From IMG/VR virus record IMGVR_UViG_3300049427_000004, positions 114,867 through 178,866 of that record: a stretch of 64,000 bases of DNA; one strand, given 5' to 3'. Below, piece by piece: positions 19,508-29,774 of the stretch. The notes under the pieces are model-generated. The model was not told the DNA's origin. It made no database searches and saw only the letters and a program-made list of their open reading frames with translations. Origin of the DNA: a virus. Made by a program: the position numbers and the translations under genes. Every line of letters begins with the position of its first letter. The stretch's first letter is position 1.

Positions 19508-20998
19508 TTGGATTCCAAACTACTTCTTGAATCACCGATTGTGGAAATTTCTCAAAAAGATTCAACAACTAAAGAAATAACTATGCTTGTACATAAACTT
19601 GATCTAGTAAATGGTAATGGTCTTGATTTTAAAGAAGAATATGCCTCTCAATACATTGATACCATTCTCAATAAACCAGTAGTAACCAAATATCATCCTC
19701 TAAAAGATGATCTCGGAGACCATGAACCAGTATATGATTCCAATGGAAAAATCACTGAATTACGAACAATAGCAATTGGTACAATCAAAGAAGCATGGAT
19801 TGATGATTATCAGATTGATTCAAGCAATATGGTTAGAGCATTATTTGCTAAGGCTATAGTTTGGAGTTATAAATATCCTCAAATAGTTAATTGTATTGAG
19901 AATTTGTTCAATGATAATAGCAGCACATCGTCTGTTGAAGTTGAAATATACAAATATGGAGAAAACCCCTCGCAAGAATATAGATATCCTACTGAATACG
20001 CCTATTTGGGAAATTGTTTGCTAGGTTCCACTGTCACTCCTGCTGATTCAGATGCAGGGGTTATTTCTGTATTTCAAAAAGAAATTGCAATGGCTGTAAA
20101 ACATGATTTGGAAATGAACGAAAATTCAGAGGGAGGTGAACAAATGGATAAAAATGCTGAATTATTCAATAAAGGATATGAAATTCGAGATTTTTTAAAT
20201 ATAGAAGTGTCTTCTTTGACTTTCGACCAGATTAGTTCTCAAATTTATAATTCTCTTAATCCAATTGATCCAAAATCACTAAGTCGTGATTACAACTATT
20301 ATATAAATGAGATTTATAACGATCATGTAATTGTTGAAGATTGGAACGACTATAAAACACTTTATAAAATTAGTTATTCGATAGTTAATGAATCGGTAGT
20401 ACTCGAAGCAAAAGATTCGTGGGTTCGAGGATACAAAGGGTTTATCCCTGACGGAGTAGTAATTTCTTCTCTTCTGGCAGAGAATGAGACTCTTTCTGCC
20501 GAACTTAACAATAAAACAACTGAATTAAATAATCAATACAAGGAGGAAAAACTAGTGACTGAGGAACAAATTAAGGAATTGCAATCAAAAGTAGATGAAT
20601 TATCTATTAAAGTTGTTGATCTTGAAGGTACTATTGTTGCACAACAAGAAACAATTCAAGATCATGTATCTAAAGAAGCAGAACTCGCAAGTGAAATTGA
20701 AGGATTAACTCCATTTAAAGTTAAATACGAGACTGCTGAGAAAGAAAGCGAAAAAGCTAAATTGGTTGAAAAATTTAGTAAACTCCTTCCTGAAGACGTA
20801 ATGAAATCTGAAGTTATTGTATCTGCTTTAGAAGAACTTAATGTATCGGCTTTAAACTCTGCTGTCGTTGAACAAGCAACAAAAGAGATCGCTACGAAAC
20901 AGTCTAATACTCAAACAGATGAACCTGTAGTCGTTGTCGCAAGTAAACATGAAGATCTAATTGAAGAAAATGTTTTGCAAAAATACGGTATTAACTAA
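19508..20998 (+). CDS. Prohead protease/scaffold (YonD-like)
   Basis: Between portal and capsid; N-terminal globular domain (HEP, SSVEVE, GNCLLG), C-terminal acidic coiled coil. Confidence 0.75.
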   Translation: MDSKLLLESPIVEISQKDSTTKEITMLVHKLDLVNGNGLDFKEEYASQYIDTILNKPVVTKYHPLKDDLGDHEPVYDSNGKITELRTIAIGTIKEAWIDDYQIDSSNMVRALFAKAIVWSYKYPQIVNCIENLFNDNSSTSSVEVEIYKYGENPSQEYRYPTEYAYLGNCLLGSTVTPADSDAGVISVFQKEIAMAVKHDLEMNENSEGGEQMDKNAELFNKGYEIRDFLNIEVSSLTFDQISSQIYNSLNPIDPKSLSRDYNYYINEIYNDHVIVEDWNDYKTLYKISYSIVNESVVLEAKDSWVRGYKGFIPDGVVISSLLAENETLSAELNNKTTELNNQYKEEKLVTEEQIKELQSKVDELSIKVVDLEGTIVAQQETIQDHVSKEAELASEIEGLTPFKVKYETAEKESEKAKLVEKFSKLLPEDVMKSEVIVSALEELNVSALNSAVVEQATKEIATKQSNTQTDEPVVVVASKHEDLIEENVLQKYGIN

Positions 20999-21030
20999 AA
21001 AATAAATTATTATATTGGAGGATTTTATAA

Positions 21031-21501
21031 ATGGGTGCATTTGGTATTGTACGTCTAGACCTAGTTAAAGGTCACGCATTGTCTCACGGTTATGATGTGG
21101 CAATTGAAAATGGTGTTTTGGCAGAAGTAAGTTATACGACTGATAAGATTGTTGTTACTACTGACAGAACAAAAAAACAACGCTTAGTTGCTTCTGTAGC
21201 AAACCTGTATGATTCGCTTGACGAATCAGATTTCCGTAATGAAGTTGGCGCTATGAAAGCTCGTACTTTTACTCTTGAGGTTGACGATTTCTTCACAACT
21301 ACTCAAATTGATTACACTGGAGATCGTGCAAACTTTGCTGCTGTAGCAGTTGGTGACTTCGCATATGCTGCAACTGGCGGTAAATTTACTGTCGCTACTA
21401 CATTTCCCGGAACAACTGTTCCTGCTCAAAAATTCCGTGTGTATGAGAAAACAACTCTAAACGGAAAAGATGCTATTGCTCTTATCGTTGAAGTCGCTTA
21501 A
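21031..21501 (+). CDS. Head decoration/cement protein (YonC-like)
   Basis: 156 aa, beta-rich, immediately before the major capsid gene. Confidence 0.65.
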   Translation: MGAFGIVRLDLVKGHALSHGYDVAIENGVLAEVSYTTDKIVVTTDRTKKQRLVASVANLYDSLDESDFRNEVGAMKARTFTLEVDDFFTTTQIDYTGDRANFAAVAVGDFAYAATGGKFTVATTFPGTTVPAQKFRVYEKTTLNGKDAIALIVEVA

Positions 21502-21535
21502 TAAATAAATTATAAAATTTGGAGGTTTACCATAA

Positions 21536-22501
21536 ATGGATAAAGTTAAAGTATTGGAATTGTGCATGGACGTTCGCCACAATCGCTCTTCTAAAGAAGA
21601 TCAAACGGCTGAACAACGTAAGGTTGAATTGGTAGAACTTTTTAGCCAATTGATGAAGAACTATGACCGCAACAAAGTAGAAATCAATGAAATTATCAAA
21701 GAGAATGTTCAAACTATTCTTAAAGAACGTGTTCAAGGCGCTCTTGATGTAATTGCTGATATTGCATACGTTCCACATGGCACTAAGAAAGAGTTTTCTG
21801 TTCGTCGTGGTACATTGAAAGTTGAATACGTTGCTCTGGGCACAGAAATTCGTCGTCAAAAAATCTACAAGGGTAAAATCACTGCTCAACCCCAAGCTAT
21901 GGGCGCATCCGTGTATGCTGAATGGGATGACATTTTGGCAGGACGTGCCGAGTCCTTCACTGACATGATTGATGAAATTGCTGCTAAAGTTCTTGAGCAA
22001 GTTATGTTAAACATTCAAAGCACATTTGTTGCTGCAATGGCTTCTGCTCCTGCTGCTAACAAATACTCTGGAGCTTTTGCTCTAGCACAAGTACGCAATG
22101 TTGCTAACACTGTCTCTGCATATGGTCGTCCAGTTATCATGGGTACTGCTGTAGCTCTTTCTAACATCACTAGCGATTCGAGCTTTAAATCTGCAATGTC
22201 TGACAGCATGAAAGACGATTTCAACAAAAACGGTTTTATTGGCGTATGGGAAGGTAAAGCACTTGTTCAACTTCCAAACACGTTCACCGATGAGACAAAT
22301 ACCGCTTGGGTATTGAATAACAACTATATCTACGTAATTCCAGTTAATGCTGACAAGCCAGTTAAGGTTACATTTGAAGGTGGAGCAGAAATGCTTGAAC
22401 AACAAAGCTTTGCAGATGGCTCGGTCACTAAAAAGACTCTTCAAAAAGTTGGCGTAAACGTTCTTCAAGTTCCTAACTTGGGTCTAGTAACAATTGTTTA
22501 A
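21536..22501 (+). CDS. Major capsid protein (YonB-like)
   Basis: 321 aa, highly biased codons, canonical position, HK97-like composition. Confidence 0.85.
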   Translation: MDKVKVLELCMDVRHNRSSKEDQTAEQRKVELVELFSQLMKNYDRNKVEINEIIKENVQTILKERVQGALDVIADIAYVPHGTKKEFSVRRGTLKVEYVALGTEIRRQKIYKGKITAQPQAMGASVYAEWDDILAGRAESFTDMIDEIAAKVLEQVMLNIQSTFVAAMASAPAANKYSGAFALAQVRNVANTVSAYGRPVIMGTAVALSNITSDSSFKSAMSDSMKDDFNKNGFIGVWEGKALVQLPNTFTDETNTAWVLNNNYIYVIPVNADKPVKVTFEGGAEMLEQQSFADGSVTKKTLQKVGVNVLQVPNLGLVTIV

Positions 22502-22517
22502 TTAATACATAACTTCG

Positions 22518-22539
22518 GAGGAGTCTTTCGAGACTCCTC
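22518..22539 (+). terminator. Stable hairpin after the capsid gene (attenuator or stabiliser; no U-tract)
   Basis: GAGGAGTCT-ttcg-AGACTCCTC. Confidence 0.55.
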
Positions 22540-22565
22540 ACTATATATTAAGGGAGATAACTACA

Positions 22566-23003
22566 ATGACAAAAGTAAAAGTGGTAAATAATATTCACGG
22601 AGGTCTTGGGTTTTTTCTAAATCCTACTCCAGAATCTTTTCGTTTGCTTCCAAAGCAAGGGGCTTTCTTAGAAATCACAGACGAGGAAGTTCAGTACATC
22701 CATATTAACCAAGAAATCATCCAAAAAGGTATGCTGTGGCTTGAAAGCAAAGAATTGCGTGTAATCTATGGCATTGAAAAAGAAGATGGTACTAAAGAAA
22801 ACCTAAATGTATTGCGCCATGATGAGATTGTTGAATTGGTTCAAGGTAACTATAAAAAACTTGAAAAGTCAATTGACGAGATTACAGAATCTACAATTCT
22901 TTCTCAGTTTGTAGAAGTTGCTCGTGAACTAAAAATTGATAGTAAAGCCAAAATCGATATTATCGAAAAAGCAACTGGTGCAACTATTTACGAAGAAGAA
23001 TAA
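22566..23003 (+). CDS. Phage head-associated hypothetical protein (YonA-like position)
   Basis: 145 aa; synteny. Confidence 0.6.
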   Translation: MTKVKVVNNIHGGLGFFLNPTPESFRLLPKQGAFLEITDEEVQYIHINQEIIQKGMLWLESKELRVIYGIEKEDGTKENLNVLRHDEIVELVQGNYKKLEKSIDEITESTILSQFVEVARELKIDSKAKIDIIEKATGATIYEEE

Positions 23004-23025
23004 AAATGAATTGTGGTGATTAAAA

Positions 23026-23433
23026 TTGGCTACCACATATGACGATGTTTATGACAGATTTCTTTCTAAGATAACAGATTATGAATTAGCACAACTTGTG
23101 TCTGAAGAAGTGTCTGATAACATTGAAAAATTTTTCAAAAGCGCTATATCGGATTTCAAATACTGTGTAGCTGAGAGACTTGTACGCGATGATTTGAATA
23201 AGATATTCATCAATACTTTAACGGATCTGGAGCAAGAAATACTTGCTAAATTCATGTTAGTACATTGGGTAACACCTCATATTCTTAGATTAGAAAACAT
23301 CAGACAAAGTTTGGGCAGTAAAGACTTTTCTGTATTCAGTGGTGCTAATTTTTTAGATAAGCTGTTAAACCTTAAAAGGACACTTATTTCCGAAGCTGAA
23401 TCAGATATGATTTTTTACTATTACGCCACTTAA
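23026..23433 (+). CDS. Head-tail adaptor (YomZ-like)
   Basis: 135 aa helical; MATTYDDVYDRFLSKITDY start; synteny. Confidence 0.65.
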   Translation: MATTYDDVYDRFLSKITDYELAQLVSEEVSDNIEKFFKSAISDFKYCVAERLVRDDLNKIFINTLTDLEQEILAKFMLVHWVTPHILRLENIRQSLGSKDFSVFSGANFLDKLLNLKRTLISEAESDMIFYYYAT

Positions 23434-23445
23434 GGCGGTTATACT

Positions 23446-24417
23446 ATGAGTTCAATAAATGATTATCTTGCAAGGGTATCAGGTAAAACAATCAAGAGCA
23501 CTACCACTGATAACACTAGGCATTTCTTAAGGAATGGTATCGTTAATTCGCCCTCCTATTTTGAAGTCTCCATCAATGAATCTTCCCCTTATCTGTATGG
23601 TGTTCAAATAGTCGATGACAGCAATGTAAGAGATCAAAAGCTAATTACATGTCTTGATCATGAACTAAAAAATGGAGACATAATTGATTGGCAGTCAAGC
23701 AAGTGGATTAACATTCTCACAGATAATATGTCTGACATTTATTATCGAGGTTCGTTAAGACGGTGTGTTGGTCAACTCAAATGGATTGACTCAAATGGAC
23801 TATTGAAAGAGAAATACTTCACATTTAAATCTGATTCATCCACAAATTTTGGTGTTCAAGATGGTCGTGTAATGTCGCTTGGTAACGAACGACGAGTATT
23901 GATAACCCCTCTTGATGCTGATACCAAGAAAATTGTTAAGGATAAGCGATTCATTTTTGATGAAAGAGCGTGGAAAGTAAGTGCTTTAGATAGGATTTCC
24001 GTTGGTGGGCTTCTAATCCTTACTTTAGATGAAGATGAGATTGATAAATCGAAAGACAACCTCGAATTAGGAATAGCTGATTATACCATCCCTTCTACTC
24101 CATCCCCTGAGCCAATTTTGACTGGCTATTTAGTTGAAATTAATGGTTCCGAAAGTATCAAGAAGAATATGTCTCAAACTTACATAGCAACTGTTTATGT
24201 CGATGGTGTAATTAATACGAGTTTATCTGTTTCATGGGAACTCTTAGACGACACAGAAACAACTACTACTACACTCGCTGCGATCACTAGTCAAAATGGA
24301 TATGAATGCATTGTTAAGGCTGGAGCAACAATTGGTCAGTATGTGAAGTTAAAAGTCACTGTGGGCAATTCTAGCGTTTTGAGTATTAAACGTATTCAAA
24401 TTAAAGGACTATATTAA
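23446..24417 (+). CDS. Head closure/neck protein with C-terminal Ig-like domain
   Basis: 323 aa; Pro linker PSTPSPEP followed by a beta-sandwich-like tail. Confidence 0.6.
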   Translation: MSSINDYLARVSGKTIKSTTTDNTRHFLRNGIVNSPSYFEVSINESSPYLYGVQIVDDSNVRDQKLITCLDHELKNGDIIDWQSSKWINILTDNMSDIYYRGSLRRCVGQLKWIDSNGLLKEKYFTFKSDSSTNFGVQDGRVMSLGNERRVLITPLDADTKKIVKDKRFIFDERAWKVSALDRISVGGLLILTLDEDEIDKSKDNLELGIADYTIPSTPSPEPILTGYLVEINGSESIKKNMSQTYIATVYVDGVINTSLSVSWELLDDTETTTTTLAAITSQNGYECIVKAGATIGQYVKLKVTVGNSSVLSIKRIQIKGLY

Positions 24418-24462
24418 ACATTATGAAAGAGTGCTTTCATCGCCTATTGTGAGGTGTTATAG

Positions 24463-24936
24463 ATGGCGAAACTTAAGGAAATTAGTGAATACAAAAACAC
24501 AGTAATAGAGAAACTTCTCGAAACAGATGAGATTGTAAAAGCTCTGTATTACGAAAATGAAAACTATCTAGAGCAGCCAACATTGGATGATCCAAGTATC
24601 CTTGTATATGAGAATATATTTCCTTATAGATTCATCCCTGATACCAATACAGAAAGAAAAACCTTCTTAACTGTGTCGTGCAGGAAAATCAAAAAAGTTA
24701 ATAACGCTTTTAAAGCTGGTTTTTTAACTTTAGCAGTTTTCACTCATAAGGAATTGTTTAAAACTAATTATGGTGAAACAAGAGTCGATAAAGTCATGAG
24801 TCTTATCGATGAGATATTTAATTCAAGTAGAGGTATTGGTATTGGTAAGCTTGAGTTTGTCGAGATGGATGAATTAATTGTAAATGATAAGTATATGGGT
24901 GCTTATATTTCCTACAAGCCTATTGATTTTAATTAG
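24463..24936 (+). CDS. Tail terminator/completion protein
   Basis: 157 aa; synteny upstream of the tail tube gene. Confidence 0.55.
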   Translation: MAKLKEISEYKNTVIEKLLETDEIVKALYYENENYLEQPTLDDPSILVYENIFPYRFIPDTNTERKTFLTVSCRKIKKVNNAFKAGFLTLAVFTHKELFKTNYGETRVDKVMSLIDEIFNSSRGIGIGKLEFVEMDELIVNDKYMGAYISYKPIDFN

Positions 24937-25686
24937 GTGATAAGTATGGACATGGATGACATTGAGTTAAAGTTGTTGGTTGGCTTGCCAATAGAGGTTG
25001 AGAATGTTGGAAACATCTACAGTCCAACAGTAAAAGAAATAATTGAGTTCGGATATTCAAAATATAACGAAATACTATCGTGTTTGTTAATGGATAAGAG
25101 TAGATTGAAACTTGAATCCTTAGATGAAAAAGTAATTACTACATTTACTCTTTTAGCCTCGCTTTGCTTCCATGAAGAAGACTTTAGAAGAAAATTCCTA
25201 AATGGCTTGAATTTCATATTTAAAGAAGAAGTTTTCTTTGGTCATAATGACGAAGAAATCTTTTTTTATTTTGGAGACTTAGGTGAGATGAGATACATAT
25301 CCGAGAAGAATATTGAGTTTATTCAAGCATTAATTAGGGTTTCTAATCAAGTGAAGATTCAGGATGAAAAAGAAGATGAATACAACCCTGCCGATGAACA
25401 AGCAAGAAAAATAATTGAAGAAATGCTTGCAAGAAGAAGGAATAAGCCTAAGCCCAAGCCGACAGTCAATCTTCATAGTATTATTTCTGGTCTTTGCACT
25501 AAATCCAATGGTGTAAATCATTTAAATGTCAAAGATCTTTCTATTTATCAACTTTATGATTGCTTTCATAGATTGGAAGTTGTTGAAAACTATCACTACA
25601 CATTAGTTGGTATTTATTCGGGCAATGTCGATGGCAAACAAATAAATTATAACAAAATTCATTGGACAAAAATTATTGAACAATGA
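24937..25686 (+). CDS. Phage tail-region hypothetical protein (YomV-like)
   Basis: 249 aa; synteny. Confidence 0.6.
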   Translation: MISMDMDDIELKLLVGLPIEVENVGNIYSPTVKEIIEFGYSKYNEILSCLLMDKSRLKLESLDEKVITTFTLLASLCFHEEDFRRKFLNGLNFIFKEEVFFGHNDEEIFFYFGDLGEMRYISEKNIEFIQALIRVSNQVKIQDEKEDEYNPADEQARKIIEEMLARRRNKPKPKPTVNLHSIISGLCTKSNGVNHLNVKDLSIYQLYDCFHRLEVVENYHYTLVGIYSGNVDGKQINYNKIHWTKIIEQ

Positions 25687-25708
25687 CATATAAGGAGATG
25701 TTTTATTA

Positions 25709-26506
25709 ATGGCAGCACCAAATTCATGGGTAATTCGTGACGTACCAAAAGCTACATTCGTAGATGTAGTTTCTAGAAAGCCATTGTTCTGGCTTTCTGA
25801 TCTAAAAACAAGCGGTCTAGATAACACCGCTGAGACTGTTTATGCTCGTGGCGGTACTGGTAACCCGAAAATCGTAGGCTTCTCTTCTAATCGTGAAGCG
25901 AAAGTTAATCTTGAGAATGCTGTTTTTGATAATGGCGCTCTAGCCCTTATGACAGGTAATCCACTCTGGACTGGTGCTAAATCAGTTCAACAACGCGAAG
26001 TTCTTATTGTAGCCAGCAATTCAGTTTCTCTTCAATTTACACCTTCTAACGGCACAGGTGCAATTGTAGCTATTTATAAATCAAATCCTGATGGTTCTCA
26101 TGGAACAGAGATCAACTACACTGCAACTACTGTAGCAACAGGCCAATATAGTCGTGCAGCAAAGGTAATCACATTTTTCGCTGGTGAACTTGCAAATGGA
26201 ACAAAGGTTATTGCTTACTACAATGTAAATACAGACGCAACAGCAAAAACAATTACTATTTCTTCTGATAAATTTGCTGGATCATTTGGACTGGTACTTG
26301 ATGCAATTGTTAAATCTCCATTTGACCAAAAGGATTATTTAGCTCAAATTAATATCCCTTCCGCAAAAATGGAAGACAACTGGTCTTTGACAATGGCTGC
26401 TGAAGGAGATCCTTCTGCTCATACAATGCCTATCGAGATTCTTAAACAGGCAGGTAGCACAGATTTCTACACGATCACATTGTACGACGGAACGCTATTG
26501 ACATAA
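25709..26506 (+). CDS. Major tail tube protein (YomU-like)
   Basis: 265 aa, Ala/Gly/Thr-rich, biased codons, followed by a terminator. Confidence 0.75.
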   Translation: MAAPNSWVIRDVPKATFVDVVSRKPLFWLSDLKTSGLDNTAETVYARGGTGNPKIVGFSSNREAKVNLENAVFDNGALALMTGNPLWTGAKSVQQREVLIVASNSVSLQFTPSNGTGAIVAIYKSNPDGSHGTEINYTATTVATGQYSRAAKVITFFAGELANGTKVIAYYNVNTDATAKTITISSDKFAGSFGLVLDAIVKSPFDQKDYLAQINIPSAKMEDNWSLTMAAEGDPSAHTMPIEILKQAGSTDFYTITLYDGTLLT

Positions 26507-26520
26507 AAAATAAAAATACT

Positions 26521-26564
26521 AAAGAGAGAGAATGCCCATAAAAAAGCATTGTCTCTCTTTTTTT
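26521..26564 (+). terminator. Intrinsic terminator
   Basis: AAGAGAGA.AATGC...GCATT.TCTCTCTT plus T run. Confidence 0.65.
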
Positions 26565-26730
26565 ACACAATAAAACGAATCTTTTATAAGCCAATCCACA
26601 CAAAAAAAGTCAATGTTTATCTATGTTTTACGAAAGCCGATTTTTCAGAGTAGTTAACATTAACTCTGCGAAAAGTTGGCTTTTTGATGCGCCAATTTTA
26701 TAAAAAACAAACCCAAGGGAGAGATATTAA

Positions 26731-27225
26731 ATGAGTAAACAACCTAAAAACCTATCACTAAGCACACTAAAGAAGCAAAATGCTAAAACATACAAGGATA
26801 AAAAACAGATTCACTTTGCAAATGGCGACAAGCTTGATATTGATCTTGTTTTCCAACCTACTAAAGTTGAAAATGTGCTTCAAGAAATGCTTCAGGTGGT
26901 AGACGAAGTTTCTAAGCGCAAAAATGGTGAAGATATCGATATCTCAGTATGGTCAATTGTGATGATGTCATCTATTATCAAAAATTTCACAAGTATTGAA
27001 ACAGATGCACTTGGATTAGATGGTTTAGTAGAGTTGAGAAAACAATTAAAAGATGCAAAATATTATGATGATATTATTGGTGCTTTTGATGAAATCGAAC
27101 TCAACAATGCAGTCGCTAAAATTAACGAAATGTTACAACTCATGACTAAACAGATAGGTTTGATGAAGGAAAAACAAGAACTAGTAGAATCTGACGAAGA
27201 AGCGGTTGAGGAAAGTGGCGAATAA
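26731..27225 (+). CDS. Tail assembly chaperone-like protein (YomO-like)
   Basis: 164 aa helical; synteny. Confidence 0.55.
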   Translation: MSKQPKNLSLSTLKKQNAKTYKDKKQIHFANGDKLDIDLVFQPTKVENVLQEMLQVVDEVSKRKNGEDIDISVWSIVMMSSIIKNFTSIETDALGLDGLVELRKQLKDAKYYDDIIGAFDEIELNNAVAKINEMLQLMTKQIGLMKEKQELVESDEEAVEESGE

Positions 27226-27649
27226 AGATTTCAATTCGATTGAAGCAGCTCTGAAATTTATTGAGCAACAAGCACAATCAGTGCTTAAACAGGAGATCGC
27301 TTCCAAGGTAGTAAAAACAATGAAAAAACACGTACAAACCGATGTTTACGACAAATATGAGCCTGTAATGTATGAACGTCAAGGATACAACGGTGGATTG
27401 ATTGATGAAGACAATATCGAAGTATCTGTTGTGGATGACGACACAATCTCAGTTGAAAACATTCGATTTGATGGAAATCGTGAAGTCGCTCAAATTGTCG
27501 AGAGTGGTCAGGGATATACGTACGATTTTGAGTATAATGGTATCCCTCGTCCATTTACAGAGAATACACGTAATGAATTGCGAGAAACGAATGCATTAGA
27601 AATCGAAATGCGTAAAGGTTTAACTCGCAGAGGTTTGAATGTTAAATAA
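27206..27649 (+). CDS. HK97 gp10-like neck/tail completion protein (YomN-like)
   Basis: Y.R.G..GGL...N motif and C-terminal PRPF.ENT motif. Confidence 0.65.
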   Translation: MRKVANKDFNSIEAALKFIEQQAQSVLKQEIASKVVKTMKKHVQTDVYDKYEPVMYERQGYNGGLIDEDNIEVSVVDDDTISVENIRFDGNREVAQIVESGQGYTYDFEYNGIPRPFTENTRNELRETNALEIEMRKGLTRRGLNVK

Positions 27650-27656
27650 AACATTT

Positions 27657-27817
27657 TGGACAGTCGTGAGACAGCCCATATTTCTCCATTAATTATGTCC
27701 TGTGAGCCATGAATGGAATAGCCAAGAATAGACGAGATGACATAAGGAAGAAGCTCCGCTTGGAAACAGGTTGAAGGGGCTTCTTTGCTTGTGCAATAAA
27801 TTAACTATTCGAGGAGA
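27657..27817 (+). promoter_or_regulatory. Structured leader upstream of the Rha gene
   Basis: GTCGTG-containing small hairpin; AAGAAGCTCC (27748-57)/GGGGCTTCTT (27776-85) hairpin. Confidence 0.4.
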
Positions 27818-28567
27818 ATGAAAATGGAGAATCAATTAGAAGTTAAAAAACTGGTGTATGTGAACAGTGATCGCATTGTGACTGACTCATTAATGATAGC
27901 TGAATCTTTCAACAAAAGGCATGATGATGTATTAAAAGCAATCAGAAATTTAGAATGTAGTGAAGAATTCTCACTCGGAAATTTTGCGGAGTCAGATTAC
28001 GTTAATGAAAGAGGTAGAAAGTACGCTAAATATTTGATCTCACAGGATGGCTTCATGTTTTTAGCGATGGGTTTTACAGGAAAAGATGCTGCATCACTTA
28101 AAGAGAAATTCATTTCAGAATTTAATCGCATGAAAAATGAAATTAATAAACATCGTCTTCCTTCAACCTATAAAGAGGCACTGTTGGCACTCGTTGCAAC
28201 TGTTGAAGAAAATGAAAAATTGCAATTACAAATAGAGACAGATAGACCACTTGTAACCTTTGCAGAAACTGCTTTGAAATCTAAAGATACAATTTTAGTT
28301 CGAGAATTATCTAAAATTTCGCAAGATGAAGGCTTGAATATTGGCGAAAAGAAACTGTATACCAAATTGCGTGAATGGGGATTAATTCTTAAGAATTCCA
28401 CCGAGCCATCACAATCTGCTATGAATTCAGGTTACTTTGTAGTTGAAGAAACAAACATTAATACTCCATATGGCATAAAACTAAACAAGACAACTAAGGT
28501 GACTCCAAAGGGTCAAATATACATAATTGAAAAACTTAAAAAAGAGAAAAATAGTAATAAGGAGTGA
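27818..28567 (+). CDS. Rha-family regulator fused to a KilAC/ANT antirepressor domain
   Basis: VTDSLMIAESFNKRHDDVLKAIRNL (Rha); TILVRELSK...TKVTPKGQIY (ANT). Confidence 0.9.
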   Translation: MKMENQLEVKKLVYVNSDRIVTDSLMIAESFNKRHDDVLKAIRNLECSEEFSLGNFAESDYVNERGRKYAKYLISQDGFMFLAMGFTGKDAASLKEKFISEFNRMKNEINKHRLPSTYKEALLALVATVEENEKLQLQIETDRPLVTFAETALKSKDTILVRELSKISQDEGLNIGEKKLYTKLREWGLILKNSTEPSQSAMNSGYFVVEETNINTPYGIKLNKTTKVTPKGQIYIIEKLKKEKNSNKE

Positions 28568-28572
28568 TTGTC

Positions 28573-29634
28573 ATACCACGCAAAACGTTTCGCAATCAAA
28601 TAACTAATCCAGAACTTACAGAAAAAATAAATCCAGATAACAAAAAAATGATTGCACGGTTTCTAAAGGAAAAGAATACAAGGTGTTCAGATACTACTGT
28701 TCAAGCTTATGAAAGTGATTTGAATATTTTCTTCACTTGGAATCTTCTTGAAAATGATAACAAGTTTTTTATTAAAATCAAGAAGATAGAATTTGCCGAA
28801 TTCTTCAGTTATTGTGTTGATGAATTGAAGTGGGGATCAGCAAGGTTTGGAAGAATGAAGTCATGTTTAAGCACTCTTTCAATTTTTATTGAAACGTTCT
28901 TTGATGATGATTATCCTGATTTTCGTAATATCATTTTAAAAACAATCGCTAGTATGCCTAAGAATGCCACAAGAGAGAAAACAATTTTATCAGAGCAGCA
29001 AGTAAATGATCTTCTTAATCATCTGAAGAATGAAATTCAACGACCTCAAGAGGCATGTTTGCTTGCTTTGGCAATCAGCAGCGGTGCAAGAGTCTCTGAG
29101 TTGCTTAGGTTTGACATAGACATCATCGATGAAAATAATACAGCTTTCGATGGAATGTTCTTAGAAACACTCAAGAAAATTAAAACAAAAGGTAGAACAA
29201 AGACTGGAAAGATGATGGAGAAGTATATCATCAAAGATATCTTCCTTCCCTATTATAAAGATTGGCTTGTAGAGCGCGAGAAGATTATGAAAGAAAATAA
29301 TCAAGAACACAACTCAATGTTCATTAGACGAGATGGTATTCCTGCTTCAGTTGATACAATTCGTGGATGGACAGAGAAGTGGGAAAAGTTCCTTGGAGTC
29401 CCTTTCTATCCTCACTGTTTACGACATTACATTACAACTAGTCTTTCACGTCTAGGATTGAGTTCAGACTTTATTGTTGAAGTTATGGGTTGGGCTTCAA
29501 CCGACATGGTGAAAGTATACAATGATCTAACCGCTAAAGAGAAAAAATGGAAAGATCTTGATAAGTTGAAGGTTCACATTGACACTACTGCAAGTAATAT
29601 TGTGACTGAATCCACTCCAGAGCAATCCTCTTAA
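28573..29634 (+). CDS. Tyrosine recombinase (YomM-like; track start 28564, ATA28573 fits the RBS)
   Basis: SGARVSEL (R), KGR (K), HCLRH (HxxR), MGW, VKVY (Tyr). Confidence 0.9.
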   Translation: MPRKTFRNQITNPELTEKINPDNKKMIARFLKEKNTRCSDTTVQAYESDLNIFFTWNLLENDNKFFIKIKKIEFAEFFSYCVDELKWGSARFGRMKSCLSTLSIFIETFFDDDYPDFRNIILKTIASMPKNATREKTILSEQQVNDLLNHLKNEIQRPQEACLLALAISSGARVSELLRFDIDIIDENNTAFDGMFLETLKKIKTKGRTKTGKMMEKYIIKDIFLPYYKDWLVEREKIMKENNQEHNSMFIRRDGIPASVDTIRGWTEKWEKFLGVPFYPHCLRHYITTSLSRLGLSSDFIVEVMGWASTDMVKVYNDLTAKEKKWKDLDKLKVHIDTTASNIVTESTPEQSS

Positions 29635-29774
29635 AACATCCATTTCAATACCTTTCTAGTGAATATATATACAACTTTTTGAATAATTGTATCTGATATA
29701 TCGAGACTGTACTTTTATATCCGCATAATTATTCATTTAATTAATAAGACAAATATAAATAAGGAGGGAATTTC

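Noticed and set aside
19360-19530. 56-codon ORF between portal and protease
   Set aside because: Start codon lies within the RBS-like sequence, it overlaps the next gene and has no motif; left uncalled.
27150-27225. Programmed frameshift in the tail chaperone
   Set aside because: No convincing slippery heptamer near the 3' end.
27675-27686. 12-nt complementarity to 42033-42044 (GAGAAATATGGG)
   Set aside because: Many 12-mer matches are expected by chance in 64 kb of AT-rich DNA.
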